Positions 9,005-19,280 of a stretch of DNA of 64,000 nucleotides are shown piece after piece. Position numbers and translations under genes: made by a program. The DNA comes from Microgenomates group bacterium ADurb.Bin219. Lineage in GTDB: Bacteria > Patescibacteriota > Microgenomatia > UM-FILTER-40-11. Every line of letters begins with the position of its first letter. Within the stretch, counting starts at the first letter, position 1. The notes under the pieces are model-generated. The model saw only the letters and a list, made by a program, of their open reading frames with translations. It did no database searches and was not told the DNA's origin. Where the stretch lies: assembly GCA_002069945.1 (NCBI GenBank), contig MWCH01000002.1, forward strand, positions 79,164 to 143,163, given 5' to 3'.

Positions 9005-10810
9005 TATTTATGTTATCATACAGACAAAGAAATGGTAAACAAAAACCCAAAAAAAATATTTTCCTTTTTGCCTGCAGTGGCCGTCATTTTTTTGGGATTG
9101 CCCCTGATAATTTTGGTTGCCTATCAGCTTGCCTACCGCAACCGGACCTTGCCTAAAACTTATCTTTGCGAAGAAGATGTCAGCAATAAAAACCGGCAAG
9201 ATCTGCATAGTAAACTGGCGGAGATGATTTCTTTCCAAAAAAACTTCTACCGATTCCTAAGATTTTCTTACCAAAACGAAACCTGGGAAATCAACCTTGA
9301 GGAAATCAATTTCCGACCTAATCCGAACGAGACGTCCGAGAGAATTTTCCGGGTCGGGAGAGAGGCTAATCCCCTGGAAAATTTGCAAACCCGAATTAAA
9401 ATTTGGCAAAAAGGCCGGATTCTGCCTTTCCAATATTCCTTGGACAATAATCTTCTGGAGGAAAAAATCGCCACTCTTTCCGGCCGGATTTACGAACCGG
9501 AAATTGAGCCGAAAATTAACTTGGTTAAAGATGCCGGCGGCAACAAATCCGTCGAAATTGAACCCGGAAAAGACGGCCTGGAAGTTGATCGGGAGAAATT
9601 AATAAAGGAAATCAACCGCAGCTTGGGTTGCTTTGATCCTTCTTTTATTAATCTGCCGGTGAGAAAAATTTCTTCCGCCATTTCAACCGCAGAAAGGACC
9701 GCCGTTTTGAAAAGAGCGGAAAGTCTTTTGGATAAGTCATTAAAAATCACTTTTGGCAATCAGGCCTGGCAGTTAAACGACCAAAATCTGGTTGATTTTC
9801 TCTCTTTCAAAACCAGTGTTGCCGAAGAAAAAATCAATCAATATTTGGAAGAGCTTAAAAAAATTATTGAAACCGATCCCCAAAATGCAACTTTACAGAT
9901 TGAAAACGGGAAAGCGGTTGTTTTTACGCCTTCCCAAGACGGTTTTCTTCTTGATCGAAAAAAAACCAAGGAAAAATTCATCACTGCAATTGATGACCTG
10001 ATTAACCAAGCCGATCTAAAGCAAAAAGAAATTGAAGTTGTTGTCACGGTTGTCAGTCCTAAAATTACCACCGAATCGATCAATAATTTGGGCATAAAAG
10101 AAATTGTCGGGACCGGCAATTCAAAATTTGCCGGCTCCATCGAGCAACGAATTTTTAATATCGGCCTTGCCACTTCAAAATTGAACGGGGTGGTTATCGC
10201 TCCGGGTGAAATTTTTTCTTTTAACGAAGCCGTGGGCGATATTTCCGAAGCAACCGGCTACAAAAAAGCCTACATTATCCAACAAGGAAGAACGGTTTTG
10301 GGTGACGGCGGCGGTGTTTGCCAGGTTTCCACGACTCTTTTCCGGGCAGCTCTTGACGCCGGATTGCCGATAAAAGAACGCCATAGTCACGCCTATCGGG
10401 TTTCCTACTACGAGCAGGACAGCGGACCGGGACTTGACGCAACCGTTTTTTCGCCGACAGCGGATCTTAAATTTGAAAATGACACCGCCAATCATCTTTT
10501 AATTCAAGGGCAATTCAATAAAAAGGCAAAAACCTTATCCTTCAAGCTTTACGGCACGGCCGACGGCCGAAAGGCGGAAATCGGCAAGCCAATTATCAAA
10601 GACGTCAGTTCGCCGCCGCCCGATTTGTACCAGGACGATCCGACTTTGGCGTTAGGAACCGTCAAACAAATTGACTGGAAAGCCTGGGGCGCCAAGGTCA
10701 ATTTCCATTGGCGGGTTACCCGGGGCGAAGAAGTTCTCCAGGATAAAACCTTTTACTCCAACTATCAACCCTGGCAAGCAATCTTCCTCCGCGGCACAAA
10801 AACACAATAG
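8984..10810 (+). CDS. VanW family protein with N-terminal TM anchor
   Basis: C-terminal VanW block: GEIFSFNEAVG ... GYKKAYIIQQGRTVLGDGGGVCQVSTTLFRAALDAGLPIKERHSHAYRVSYY ... GLDATVF; N-terminal TM LPAVAVIFLGLPLIILVAY. Confidence 0.8.
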   Translation: MSIGHLQYLCYHTDKEMVNKNPKKIFSFLPAVAVIFLGLPLIILVAYQLAYRNRTLPKTYLCEEDVSNKNRQDLHSKLAEMISFQKNFYRFLRFSYQNETWEINLEEINFRPNPNETSERIFRVGREANPLENLQTRIKIWQKGRILPFQYSLDNNLLEEKIATLSGRIYEPEIEPKINLVKDAGGNKSVEIEPGKDGLEVDREKLIKEINRSLGCFDPSFINLPVRKISSAISTAERTAVLKRAESLLDKSLKITFGNQAWQLNDQNLVDFLSFKTSVAEEKINQYLEELKKIIETDPQNATLQIENGKAVVFTPSQDGFLLDRKKTKEKFITAIDDLINQADLKQKEIEVVVTVVSPKITTESINNLGIKEIVGTGNSKFAGSIEQRIFNIGLATSKLNGVVIAPGEIFSFNEAVGDISEATGYKKAYIIQQGRTVLGDGGGVCQVSTTLFRAALDAGLPIKERHSHAYRVSYYEQDSGPGLDATVFSPTADLKFENDTANHLLIQGQFNKKAKTLSFKLYGTADGRKAEIGKPIIKDVSSPPPDLYQDDPTLALGTVKQIDWKAWGAKVNFHWRVTRGEEVLQDKTFYSNYQPWQAIFLRGTKTQ

Positions 10811-10875
10811 GGTCGTTTTTGAAAAAATCCACGCCCTCTTTTGAAAATCCAACCCGGTTGGGTTAAAATACCCTC

Positions 10876-13149
10876 ATGGAAAAAGTCTATCAACCGGCAG
10901 AGTTTGAAGAAAAAATCTATTCTCAGTGGGAAGAAAAAAAATATTTTTCTCCAAAAATCGACAGGAAAAATAAAAATAATAAGAAAAATAAATCCTTTAC
11001 GATAATCTTACCTCCTCCGAACGCCAATGCCCCCTTGCATATGGGCCACGCCATGTATGTTATTGAAGATATCCTCTGCCGCTATCGCCGAATGACCGGC
11101 CGACCGACTTTATTTTTACCCGGAACCGACCATGCCGGAATCGAAACCCAATTCGTCTTTGAAAAAAAATTGAAATCCGAAGGCAAGTCCCGTTTTGATT
11201 TTGACCGGGAAACTCTTTTCCAAATGATTTGGAATTTTGTGGAAGAAAATCGGGGCACCGCCAAAAAACAAATGAAGAAGCTCGGCTTTTCCCTAGACTG
11301 GAGCCGGGAAAAATACACCTTAAATCCGGAAATTTTAAAAACCGTTTTGGCAACTTTTAACCGCCTTCACCAAGACGGCTTAATCTACCGCCAGGAAAAA
11401 ATGGTCAACTACTGTACCCGTTGCGGCACCGCTTTTTCCGACCTGGAAGTTGTTTATGAAGAGAGAAAAGATCCTCTTTTTTATTTAAAATACGGTCCTT
11501 TCGTTTTAGCCACCACCAGACCGGAAACAAAATTTGGGGACACCGCCGTAGCGGTTCATCCCCAAGATAAGCGCTACAAAAAATTGATTGGCACCGAGTT
11601 TATTTATCAATCTTTAATCGGGCCAAAAAAGATGAAAGTCGTAGCCGACGAAGCAGTTGATCCTAAATTTGGCACCGGCGCCGTTAAAGTTACCCCTGCC
11701 CACGACCCGACTGATTTTGAAATTGGCCAAAGACATCATCTCCCGATAATTAAGGTTATTGGACTGGATGGTCGTCTGACTGATCTAACCGGTCGTTTTG
11801 CCGGACTAAAAATTAACGAAGCCAGAGAAAGAGTAGTCAATGAATTGCAAGCAAAAGGCGACCTTGTCAAAATTGATGAACAATATACCCATCGTATAGG
11901 ACTGTGTTACCGCTGTAAAAATGTGATTGAACCCATGGTTATCCCCCAATGGTTCGTTAAAATCGAACCTTTGGCAAAACCGGCAATCGCCGCCGTCAAA
12001 AAAAATCAAGTTAAGATATTCCCCAATCGCTTTAAAAAGATTTACCTTAACTGGATGGAAAATATTCGCGATTGGAATATCAGCCGACAAATCGTCTGGG
12101 GTCCCCGGATTCCCGCCTGGTATTGCCTTGATTGTAATCCGAATATCAAAATCAGCTTCCTGGATAAAAGTAACGGCGAACCAAAAATCGTGACCGGTTT
12201 TTACAAAGATCTTAAAAAAAATTATTCTTTCGATATAATTCAAAAAGGATTACAAAGCCTGACCGCTCCGGTTACCGCAACTTATGAAATTCCCCAACCG
12301 AAAAGATGTTCCCGCTGCCAAGGCCAATCTCTTTTACAGGAAACGGATACTTTTGATACCTGGTTTTCTTCCGGCCAATGGCCGCTCACTACCTTAGGCT
12401 ACCCCGACTCCGAAGATTTTAAATATTTTTACCCGACTTCGGTTTTGGATACGATGTGGGATATTCTCTTCTTCTGGGTCGCCAGAATGATCATGTTCGG
12501 CCTTTATCTGACCGGAGAGGTTCCTTTTGAGATCGCCCACATGCACAGCCGCGTTGTTGACATAGAAAGAAAAAAAATGAGTAAATCTAAAGGAAATGTC
12601 ATTGATCCTTTGCAAATGGTGGAAAAATACGGCGCCGATGCTTTAAGGATGGCTTTGGTTTTCGGAACCGCTCCCGCTTCCGATATTGTTGTCACCGAAG
12701 AAAAAATCAAAGCGATGAGAAACTTTGCCAATAAAATCTGGAACGCCTCAAGGTTTGTCCTTAACAACCCACAAACCACAACTAATAACTCAATCTCACC
12801 TTCCGATTATCCGGACGATCAATGGATTTTGGCCGAATTGGAGAAAACCATTAAGGCCGTCACCAAAAATATTGAATCTTACCATTTCGGCCAAGCGGCA
12901 GAAGAAATTTATGAATTTTTCTGGCACAAATTTTGCGATCAATATATTGAAATGGTTAAGCCTCGTCTTTACCCTGTTCCGGAGAAAAAAGCGCTTGACA
13001 CTTTAAACTATACCCTTGGCACTTCTTTAAAATTACTTCATCCGTTTATGCCTTTTATCACCGAAGCAATTTGGCAAATAATTCCTGACCAAAAAGACGA
13101 TTTAATCGTGAGTCGATGGCCGGTGGCCGGGAAAGAGAAAGATGATTAA
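10876..13149 (+). CDS. valS: Valine--tRNA ligase (compact form lacking the C-terminal coiled coil)
   Basis: Class I HIGH motif PPPNANAPLHMGHA, KMSKS motif KMSKSKGNVIDP, ValRS-type WNISRQIVWGPRIP; 757 aa. Confidence 0.85.
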   Translation: MEKVYQPAEFEEKIYSQWEEKKYFSPKIDRKNKNNKKNKSFTIILPPPNANAPLHMGHAMYVIEDILCRYRRMTGRPTLFLPGTDHAGIETQFVFEKKLKSEGKSRFDFDRETLFQMIWNFVEENRGTAKKQMKKLGFSLDWSREKYTLNPEILKTVLATFNRLHQDGLIYRQEKMVNYCTRCGTAFSDLEVVYEERKDPLFYLKYGPFVLATTRPETKFGDTAVAVHPQDKRYKKLIGTEFIYQSLIGPKKMKVVADEAVDPKFGTGAVKVTPAHDPTDFEIGQRHHLPIIKVIGLDGRLTDLTGRFAGLKINEARERVVNELQAKGDLVKIDEQYTHRIGLCYRCKNVIEPMVIPQWFVKIEPLAKPAIAAVKKNQVKIFPNRFKKIYLNWMENIRDWNISRQIVWGPRIPAWYCLDCNPNIKISFLDKSNGEPKIVTGFYKDLKKNYSFDIIQKGLQSLTAPVTATYEIPQPKRCSRCQGQSLLQETDTFDTWFSSGQWPLTTLGYPDSEDFKYFYPTSVLDTMWDILFFWVARMIMFGLYLTGEVPFEIAHMHSRVVDIERKKMSKSKGNVIDPLQMVEKYGADALRMALVFGTAPASDIVVTEEKIKAMRNFANKIWNASRFVLNNPQTTTNNSISPSDYPDDQWILAELEKTIKAVTKNIESYHFGQAAEEIYEFFWHKFCDQYIEMVKPRLYPVPEKKALDTLNYTLGTSLKLLHPFMPFITEAIWQIIPDQKDDLIVSRWPVAGKEKDD

Positions 13150-13495
13150 TAAAATCAAAAATGTAAAAAAAATTCTCTCCCTTAAACTGTTAATCGGTTT
13201 GATTTTTTTTATCGTTGCTTTATCTTTTATCAACGCGGAAAACCAAAAGAGGGCTCAGAGAATTTTGGGAGCACAAACCCAACTTAAACTTGATCAAGGA
13301 ACGGTTGATTATTGGGAACAAATTCTTAAGGAGAGGCCGAATTACCGTGACGGTTGGGTCCAATTGGCCGCCTCTTATTATAAAACCGGTAATTTGGAAA
13401 AGTCCGAAGAGGCAATTGGCCGAGCCAGGCAACTGGATCCGCAAAACGAACTAATTCTCAATTTTGAAAAAATAATTAAAGAAACAAAGAAGTAA
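13142..13495 (+). CDS. Small secreted/membrane-anchored TPR-like protein
   Basis: N-terminal hydrophobic segment LLIGLIFFIVALSFI; TPR-like helices (WVQLAASYYKTGNLEKSEEAIGRARQLDP); 8 nt overlap with valS. Confidence 0.4.
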   Translation: MINKIKNVKKILSLKLLIGLIFFIVALSFINAENQKRAQRILGAQTQLKLDQGTVDYWEQILKERPNYRDGWVQLAASYYKTGNLEKSEEAIGRARQLDPQNELILNFEKIIKETKK

Positions 13496-13507
13496 TTTTC
13501 CGCGAGT

Positions 13508-14218
13508 TTAACCTTCGGTTTTTTCTTTCCCTTCCTCGGGTTTTGTTTCGGCCGGAGCCGCATCGGTTCCTTCGGTTTTTGGAGCTTCTCCCTCTGTTGG
13601 GGCAGTACCTTCTGCCGGAGCTTCGGCAGCCGGCGGAGGAGCAACCACTTCTTCTTTGGCCAAAGGCTCAATTTTGACAATAATCTGTTCCGGATCAGTT
13701 ATAATTTCAATTTTCTTCCGGTCAATTGTCAAATCTTTAAGAAAAATCGTTTGGTTAACCTCAGACAGCCCGGAAACATCAACCACAAAATGTTCGGGTA
13801 AATCTGCCGGTAAAGCTTCAATTTCAATTGCCGAAGTCTGTTGAACCAAAATTCCCAATTTTTGAGTTTCCGCCGGAGCCTCGCCGGTTATCTGAACCGG
13901 AATCGTGGCGGTAACCTTTTCCGTTAAAATTACCTGGCGAAAATCAACGTGAAGAAAATTTTCGCTAACCGGATCTTTTTGGATATTATGAATCAAAACC
14001 GGCCGAACTTCTTTTTCGCCGGCAACAGCAAGATCAATCATTCCGGTTTCACCCGCTTCTTGATAAATTTTACCAAATTCCTTTGCATCCAATTGCAAAG
14101 AAAGAGACTCTACTTTTTTACCATAAACGTTCGCCGGCAACAAACCTTCACGCCGGATTTTCTTAATCTTCCGACCGAGAACGGTTCTTTTTTCAGCTTT
14201 TAAATTCAATTTCCCCAT
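13508..14218 (-). CDS. rplY: 50S ribosomal protein L25 / general stress protein Ctc with long Ala/Pro/Glu-rich C-terminal tail
   Basis: N-terminus MGKLNLKAEKRTVLGRKIKKIRREGLLPANVYGK matches L25/Ctc; beta-barrel body; low-complexity acidic tail. Confidence 0.8.
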   Translation of the reverse strand: MGKLNLKAEKRTVLGRKIKKIRREGLLPANVYGKKVESLSLQLDAKEFGKIYQEAGETGMIDLAVAGEKEVRPVLIHNIQKDPVSENFLHVDFRQVILTEKVTATIPVQITGEAPAETQKLGILVQQTSAIEIEALPADLPEHFVVDVSGLSEVNQTIFLKDLTIDRKKIEIITDPEQIIVKIEPLAKEEVVAPPPAAEAPAEGTAPTEGEAPKTEGTDAAPAETKPEEGKEKTEG

Positions 14219-14239
14219 AACTTGGCTATTCTAGCAAAA

Positions 14240-16999
14240 TCAAAGACCGAAATCAATCCGGAAAACCCGGTCGCGATCAAGCTGATCGTTAATAATGACT
14301 TTCCGGCCGGATAAATTGCCTTGGGGTAAAATCTTTAGCGGCTTGGTCTTCGCCGGAAATTCAAAAGTAAAACTGGCAGTCGTCTCCCCGCTTCCGGATT
14401 GAATCTGGTGAACCAAAAGATAACTAAAAGTCTTCTTGAAATCGGCCTTAAAACCCGGCTGGTAATTAATCTCAAACGTCCGACCGCTCCGACTGGGCAC
14501 TTCAATTAAAAAACCAATCATTTCTTTCCCGTCCGCTCTTCTTTCTTTTTCAATTTCCGTTTTTTTAACTTCCACCCAATACCCCGGCTCTGCCGGATCG
14601 TTAACCAAAATACTTTTCAATTCCGAACCGGTTGGCAAAAATACCCTTAGATATGCCAAATACCGCCCCTGCGGCCAGGTTTCCGTCAAACTTAAGTTCT
14701 GATAGTCAATCTTTAAAGAATGATCAAATTGCCCGGTCTCCTTTAAAACTACGTCGTGGCGCAAATTCCTTTTCAAAAAAAAGTTGGCCCGATTGCCAGA
14801 TAAATTCGTTTCGTTAAAGGAAAGATAATCTTTTAAACAAGCCGAGACTAAATTTTCGCAAGGAAAATCCGGCAAAAGCGAGCCGTCCCAATTTAAAGAT
14901 TTAATCAGAGAAGCCAACGGCGGATCGTAGAAAAACAAAAGCAAATCCTTCTTTTCCAGGGAATCGCTTAAAATCTTTAAAAACGTTGTCTTTTGAAGAT
15001 AATTGTCTTTTTTCACTTTCTCCATAACCAATTTTCCAAACTCCGCAAAAAAATCCGTCTTCCTCAAAACTCCCGGAAATTCGCCGGCACTGGAATAGTA
15101 AGCCACTTTTTCAAAAAGATTTTGTTGATTTACCTTGCCCGGCAAAAATGAAGCTTCGATTTCTCCGGTCAAGCCGAGAATATCTTTTATCGTTTGGTAG
15201 TTTACCGCAATCACTCCGTCAATTCCCCGGCCGGTTTCTTTTTCAAAAAACCAGGCAATTCTTTCCCCGGAGAAGGAAAAATCCGGTTCCCAGTTCGCCT
15301 CTTTTAAATACCAATTTTCCTGACCAAGGTATTTTTTAATACCCGAAGGCGGCTCGACCTTCCCTCTTAATTGATCGTCAACCGAGCTGACATCCTGAAA
15401 TTCATAATCGGTTAGTTTCCCGTCGTTAAAATTTAAAATGGCGTAAGCGCCAATTCGACCTCCGGTCGGCCAAAGTTCCAAATTGTTTTGCAAAACCATC
15501 AAATAAGTTTTCTTTCCCTGTAAACCAATCAGCTGCGGCAAATATTGGCCGATCGCCCGAAGCCGAATAATTTCTTTTCTTAATCCTAAAAGAAGAGTTT
15601 CGCTCTTGGCAAAATAGGAGTCCATCCTGAGTAATTTTGCCGTTTCCGTCTCGGAAAGACGGTCTTTCAATCTTCCCCAAGCAAAAGAAATTTCCAGATA
15701 AGATTCTTCCAAGATCCGATTGGCTTCCTTAATTTTTGAGGAATAGTCAATCGGTTCACCGGCAATTGAAGAAGAAAAAACTTTTTCCAAAATCGTCACC
15801 CCTTCAAAAAAGGACTGAGCCGAATTCAAAGCTTCTCCCGCTCCGTTTAAGACCGGTTCAACCTGCCACAAAGAAGAATCCAAACCAATCAAACTGTAAA
15901 AAGGAGCCATCAGGTTAAATATCTTTTGCCCAGCGAATAATTTCTCTCCGGCCAATACTATCTTGTCCCGACCGTCCTGATAGTTGTTGGCCCCAAAATC
16001 GTTTAAGGCCAAACCAATCTCCTTGCCGGATTGAGACAAATTCAGCCAAAAAAAGCCAATCGGTAAAAGAAATAAAATAAAAGATAAAAATAAAAACAGG
16101 CTTAAACCAAAGGCAATTTTTTTCATTGGCCCGGACGACTTCCGGGTAAAAATTTGAATCGGCTTGGCCGTTTTTTCGGTTCCTTTCTCTTCCTTGTTCC
16201 GATCAAACCAGGAAATTGTTTTCAAAAGACCATCGCCTAAATTTACCTCCGGTTCCCAACCAAATCCCGAATCCGTCACCAATTCCGCCGAAAAAGAGCC
16301 GTCATTTTCTTCCGGTTTTTCGGCAAATTCAACCTCCAAATTTTTTTTGATTTTTCTTTCCAGCTCCGCCAAAAAAGACAAAGGGGTAAAAAAAGCTCCC
16401 TGGATATTTAAAACTCTTCCTGTAGTATCCGGAGAAAACATCGCCCGGTTAATAGCGGCAATAAAATCGGAGCAATAAACCAGGGGAAGATTTTCCGTCT
16501 GGTCTTTGGTAATAACGATCTTGTCTCCCCAAATGGCTTTTTCAATAATTGACGCGAAAAAACCCTCTTTTAATCTGGGCCCATAAATCTCCCCATAAAG
16601 ACAAATTCTGATATCAATCCCCTGCTGTTGAATTTCTCTAACCAATTTTTGAGCAAGCTCGTCTTTTTTGTTCAAAGCCAAAAGCAATTTTGCTTCTTTG
16701 TCTTTTACTTTTTTCAACAAATCGGCCAATAATTTCTCTCCCTCCACCGCCAAATAAAAAACATAGCTTAAGGAATTAATTTCATAAACGCGGTTAAGAT
16801 TTTCAATCAATTCGAAATTGCTTTTCCCCAAAAGATGCTGGATGGCGTCGTCTTTTTTACTGCCGCAATAATAAACCCGGCAACCAAAAGACAGAAGCGA
16901 ATCGGCCAAATGAGAGCCAATCGCTCCTTTTTCGTTAACGATTAACGCCGCCGGACCGGAAGAAACAAAACTGTTGATAATTTTAGGAGATTCGGGCAT
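14240..16999 (-). CDS. Fusion protein: N-terminal NAD(P)-binding Rossmann (epimerase/dehydratase-like) domain, central TM helix, C-terminal DUF4012-like extracytoplasmic domain
   Basis: N-terminus GAIGSHLADSLLSFGCRVYYCG (GxxGxxG Rossmann); TM FGLSLFLFLSFILFLLPIGFFWL; C-terminal LQGKKTYLMVLQNNLELWPTGGRIGAYAILNF typical of DUF4012. Confidence 0.55.
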   Translation of the reverse strand: MPESPKIINSFVSSGPAALIVNEKGAIGSHLADSLLSFGCRVYYCGSKKDDAIQHLLGKSNFELIENLNRVYEINSLSYVFYLAVEGEKLLADLLKKVKDKEAKLLLALNKKDELAQKLVREIQQQGIDIRICLYGEIYGPRLKEGFFASIIEKAIWGDKIVITKDQTENLPLVYCSDFIAAINRAMFSPDTTGRVLNIQGAFFTPLSFLAELERKIKKNLEVEFAEKPEENDGSFSAELVTDSGFGWEPEVNLGDGLLKTISWFDRNKEEKGTEKTAKPIQIFTRKSSGPMKKIAFGLSLFLFLSFILFLLPIGFFWLNLSQSGKEIGLALNDFGANNYQDGRDKIVLAGEKLFAGQKIFNLMAPFYSLIGLDSSLWQVEPVLNGAGEALNSAQSFFEGVTILEKVFSSSIAGEPIDYSSKIKEANRILEESYLEISFAWGRLKDRLSETETAKLLRMDSYFAKSETLLLGLRKEIIRLRAIGQYLPQLIGLQGKKTYLMVLQNNLELWPTGGRIGAYAILNFNDGKLTDYEFQDVSSVDDQLRGKVEPPSGIKKYLGQENWYLKEANWEPDFSFSGERIAWFFEKETGRGIDGVIAVNYQTIKDILGLTGEIEASFLPGKVNQQNLFEKVAYYSSAGEFPGVLRKTDFFAEFGKLVMEKVKKDNYLQKTTFLKILSDSLEKKDLLLFFYDPPLASLIKSLNWDGSLLPDFPCENLVSACLKDYLSFNETNLSGNRANFFLKRNLRHDVVLKETGQFDHSLKIDYQNLSLTETWPQGRYLAYLRVFLPTGSELKSILVNDPAEPGYWVEVKKTEIEKERRADGKEMIGFLIEVPSRSGRTFEINYQPGFKADFKKTFSYLLVHQIQSGSGETTASFTFEFPAKTKPLKILPQGNLSGRKVIINDQLDRDRVFRIDFGL

Positions 17000-17028
17000 T
17001 ACTCCAATTTTAATAAAAAAAGATCCTT

Positions 17029-17448
17029 TTAAGCAAGGCAGGAATTAACCAAACTGTCGGCCAGTTTGTTTTCTTCGCGAGGAATATGGTGGTAAAAAAT
17101 TTTGGCCCCGGTTTCCATTTCCAATTCTTTAACTTTTAAAATCAAAAGTCTTAGGTTGTGGTTTTTAATTTTATAAAGTCCGTTTAATTGACTGACCATC
17201 AGTTTTGAATCGGAAAAAAAATTTATTTCCAGACCCGGCGGTAAATTACTGGCAACCCATTTGAGAGCCTCTATCACTGCCGAATATTCCGCCACATTAT
17301 TGGTGGTTTCTCCCAGCACCCGACCAAATTTTTCCATAATTTTTCCGGATTCTTCGCCGAAAATAGCAACACCAATTGCCGCCGGACCGGGGTTTCCCCT
17401 AGCCCCTCCGTCGGTAAAAATTTTTATTTTTTTTTCATTGGTTTTCAT
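17029..17448 (-). CDS. rnhA: Ribonuclease HI
   Basis: FTDGGARGNPGPAAIGV ... NNVAEYSAVIEALKW ... DSKLMVSQ ... HIPREENKLADSL: RNase H catalytic DEDD pattern. Confidence 0.85.
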   Translation of the reverse strand: MKTNEKKIKIFTDGGARGNPGPAAIGVAIFGEESGKIMEKFGRVLGETTNNVAEYSAVIEALKWVASNLPPGLEINFFSDSKLMVSQLNGLYKIKNHNLRLLILKVKELEMETGAKIFYHHIPREENKLADSLVNSCLA

Positions 17449-17520
17449 ATAAGTAAAAATTTTTTATTAGTTTCACGTCAACCCGTGATTCATTTTTTAA
17501 CTTTGTTGCTGGTTAAATTT

Positions 17521-18762
17521 TTAATCAGATGATAATGATAACCCAATTAAAAGCGTAAGTAAAATCTGATTTTGTTGAAGGGTTAACCAGTAGTGATCGG
17601 TTGTTCCGGTTAGTAAAACAATTAGAAAAGCCAAAAACAAAAAATAATTATTTTTTCTTTTTTCTAAAAAATTTTTTAACAATAATGCAGTTATGAATAA
17701 ACCGATTAAACCGGTTTCGCCGGCAATTAACAAAAAAATATTATGAACCGGCTGAAGCCAATAAACATTTTCATTTTGACTAATTAAAACGGACAGCGCG
17801 GGAAGATAATTGTTTAAACCGACTCCCGAAAAAGGGGATTGGCAAATAATTTTTAAAGTCAAAAAAACCAAATTTTGTCGTCGTAAAAAACTTTCCTCTT
17901 CCCAAAAAAATGGCGGCATAATTTTTAAAAAAAAGGAAGCCAACAAAAAAGAAGATAAGGAAAATAGACCAGCTAAAATGATTATCTTTTTAAAAGCAAT
18001 TTGTTTTTTAACCAATATCCGTAAAACAGAAATTAAAAGGACAATTATTCCGGCGAGCCAAACAGTTCGGGAAAAAGTCAAAATCAAGGTGATTAAAATT
18101 AAAAATAAAGCCGGGAAAAAATATTTTTGATTTTTTAAAAAGGGGGGGATCATCACCAAACTGACCAAAAGAAAACCGGCTAGGGAATTGGGGTGAGAAA
18201 AGGTTGCGTAAGGCCTTAAGAAATAATGATCTCGCCAAATCGCCCTGGCAATTCCCGGAGTTGTCAAACTAAAAGTTCTTTCCCCAAACCACCAAAAAAT
18301 CCCGTTTAAGGAAGATTGTCTTAAAAATTGGCCCAAACCGATTAATGAAGAAAAAACTACCGCTAACGTTAAGACCGGCGAAATTTGCTTTAAAGTTATT
18401 TTTTCCTTTACCAAATAGCAGCCCAAGAAAAAAAATTCACAAATTTTAGCCAGTTTGTAAAAAGCGGCCGGCCGGTTTTTTGCCCAAAAACAATTAATTA
18501 AAAGAAAAACAAAACCAATAATAAAGACTGCTCCTTTTTTCCAATCGGCAAAAAATATTTTTTTAAATTTCCTTTCGGTCCATTTTTCCTTTAACCATAA
18601 AAGCAAAACGGCAATAATTAAAAGGTCGGTCAAATAAATAGTCGGGGAAAGGTAATCAATTCTCATCCCAAGAAGAAAAGACGACTTTGGCCAAAAATGA
18701 CGCCCCAGTTGGATCGGCGATAATAAAATCAGAAGCGAAAAAAGTTTTTGACGAAGCTTCAT
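17521..18762 (-). CDS. O-antigen ligase (Wzy_C)-like polytopic membrane protein
   Basis: About 11 TM helices; loop motif LTFSRTVWLAGIIV typical of the O-antigen ligase/Wzy_C family. Confidence 0.55.
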   Translation of the reverse strand: MKLRQKLFSLLILLSPIQLGRHFWPKSSFLLGMRIDYLSPTIYLTDLLIIAVLLLWLKEKWTERKFKKIFFADWKKGAVFIIGFVFLLINCFWAKNRPAAFYKLAKICEFFFLGCYLVKEKITLKQISPVLTLAVVFSSLIGLGQFLRQSSLNGIFWWFGERTFSLTTPGIARAIWRDHYFLRPYATFSHPNSLAGFLLVSLVMIPPFLKNQKYFFPALFLILITLILTFSRTVWLAGIIVLLISVLRILVKKQIAFKKIIILAGLFSLSSFLLASFFLKIMPPFFWEEESFLRRQNLVFLTLKIICQSPFSGVGLNNYLPALSVLISQNENVYWLQPVHNIFLLIAGETGLIGLFITALLLKNFLEKRKNNYFLFLAFLIVLLTGTTDHYWLTLQQNQILLTLLIGLSLSSD

Positions 18763-18816
18763 GAAGATATTATAGCGAGTTTAAGAAAAAAGAGGCAGGA
18801 AACAAGAAGCAGGTCT

Positions 18817-19278
18817 TTATTTCTTTTTCGGTTTAACAACCAGTCTTCTTTCTTCACCTTCACCCTCGGATTCGGAAAAGACATCCGGGTGGTCGGCCAA
18901 AGAAAGATGAATCATCCTTCTTTCTGACGGAGAAAGATTGGGGATTACCTGAGCTTCTCCGGAAAATTTAACCTTTTGGGCAACGTTTAAAGCCAGTTTT
19001 TTCAGTTGCTCCAAACGGTCTTCGCGATAATTGCCGACATTTACCACCAAACGCTTCCAGGTCGTCAATTTTTTGTAAACCATTAACGAGAGAAGCAACT
19101 GAAAAGCTTCCAAAGTTTCGCCGTGATATCCTATAAGATATCCGGAGTCTTCGGTTTCAATTTGTAAATTAACCACTTCGTTTTCTTCGTCCTGGGCCGC
19201 GGCAACCGATCCTTTAATCCCCAGTTTGTCCAAAAACTCTTCGGCGATTTTTTTTATTTCTTCAAGATAATTATCCAT
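18817..19278 (-). CDS. jag: Jag/KhpB-like RNA-binding protein (KH + R3H)
   Basis: C-terminal R3H motif LSPSERRMIHLSLADHPDV; conserved position downstream of yidC. Confidence 0.8.
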   Translation of the reverse strand: MDNYLEEIKKIAEEFLDKLGIKGSVAAAQDEENEVVNLQIETEDSGYLIGYHGETLEAFQLLLSLMVYKKLTTWKRLVVNVGNYREDRLEQLKKLALNVAQKVKFSGEAQVIPNLSPSERRMIHLSLADHPDVFSESEGEGEERRLVVKPKKK

Positions 19279-19280
19279 TT

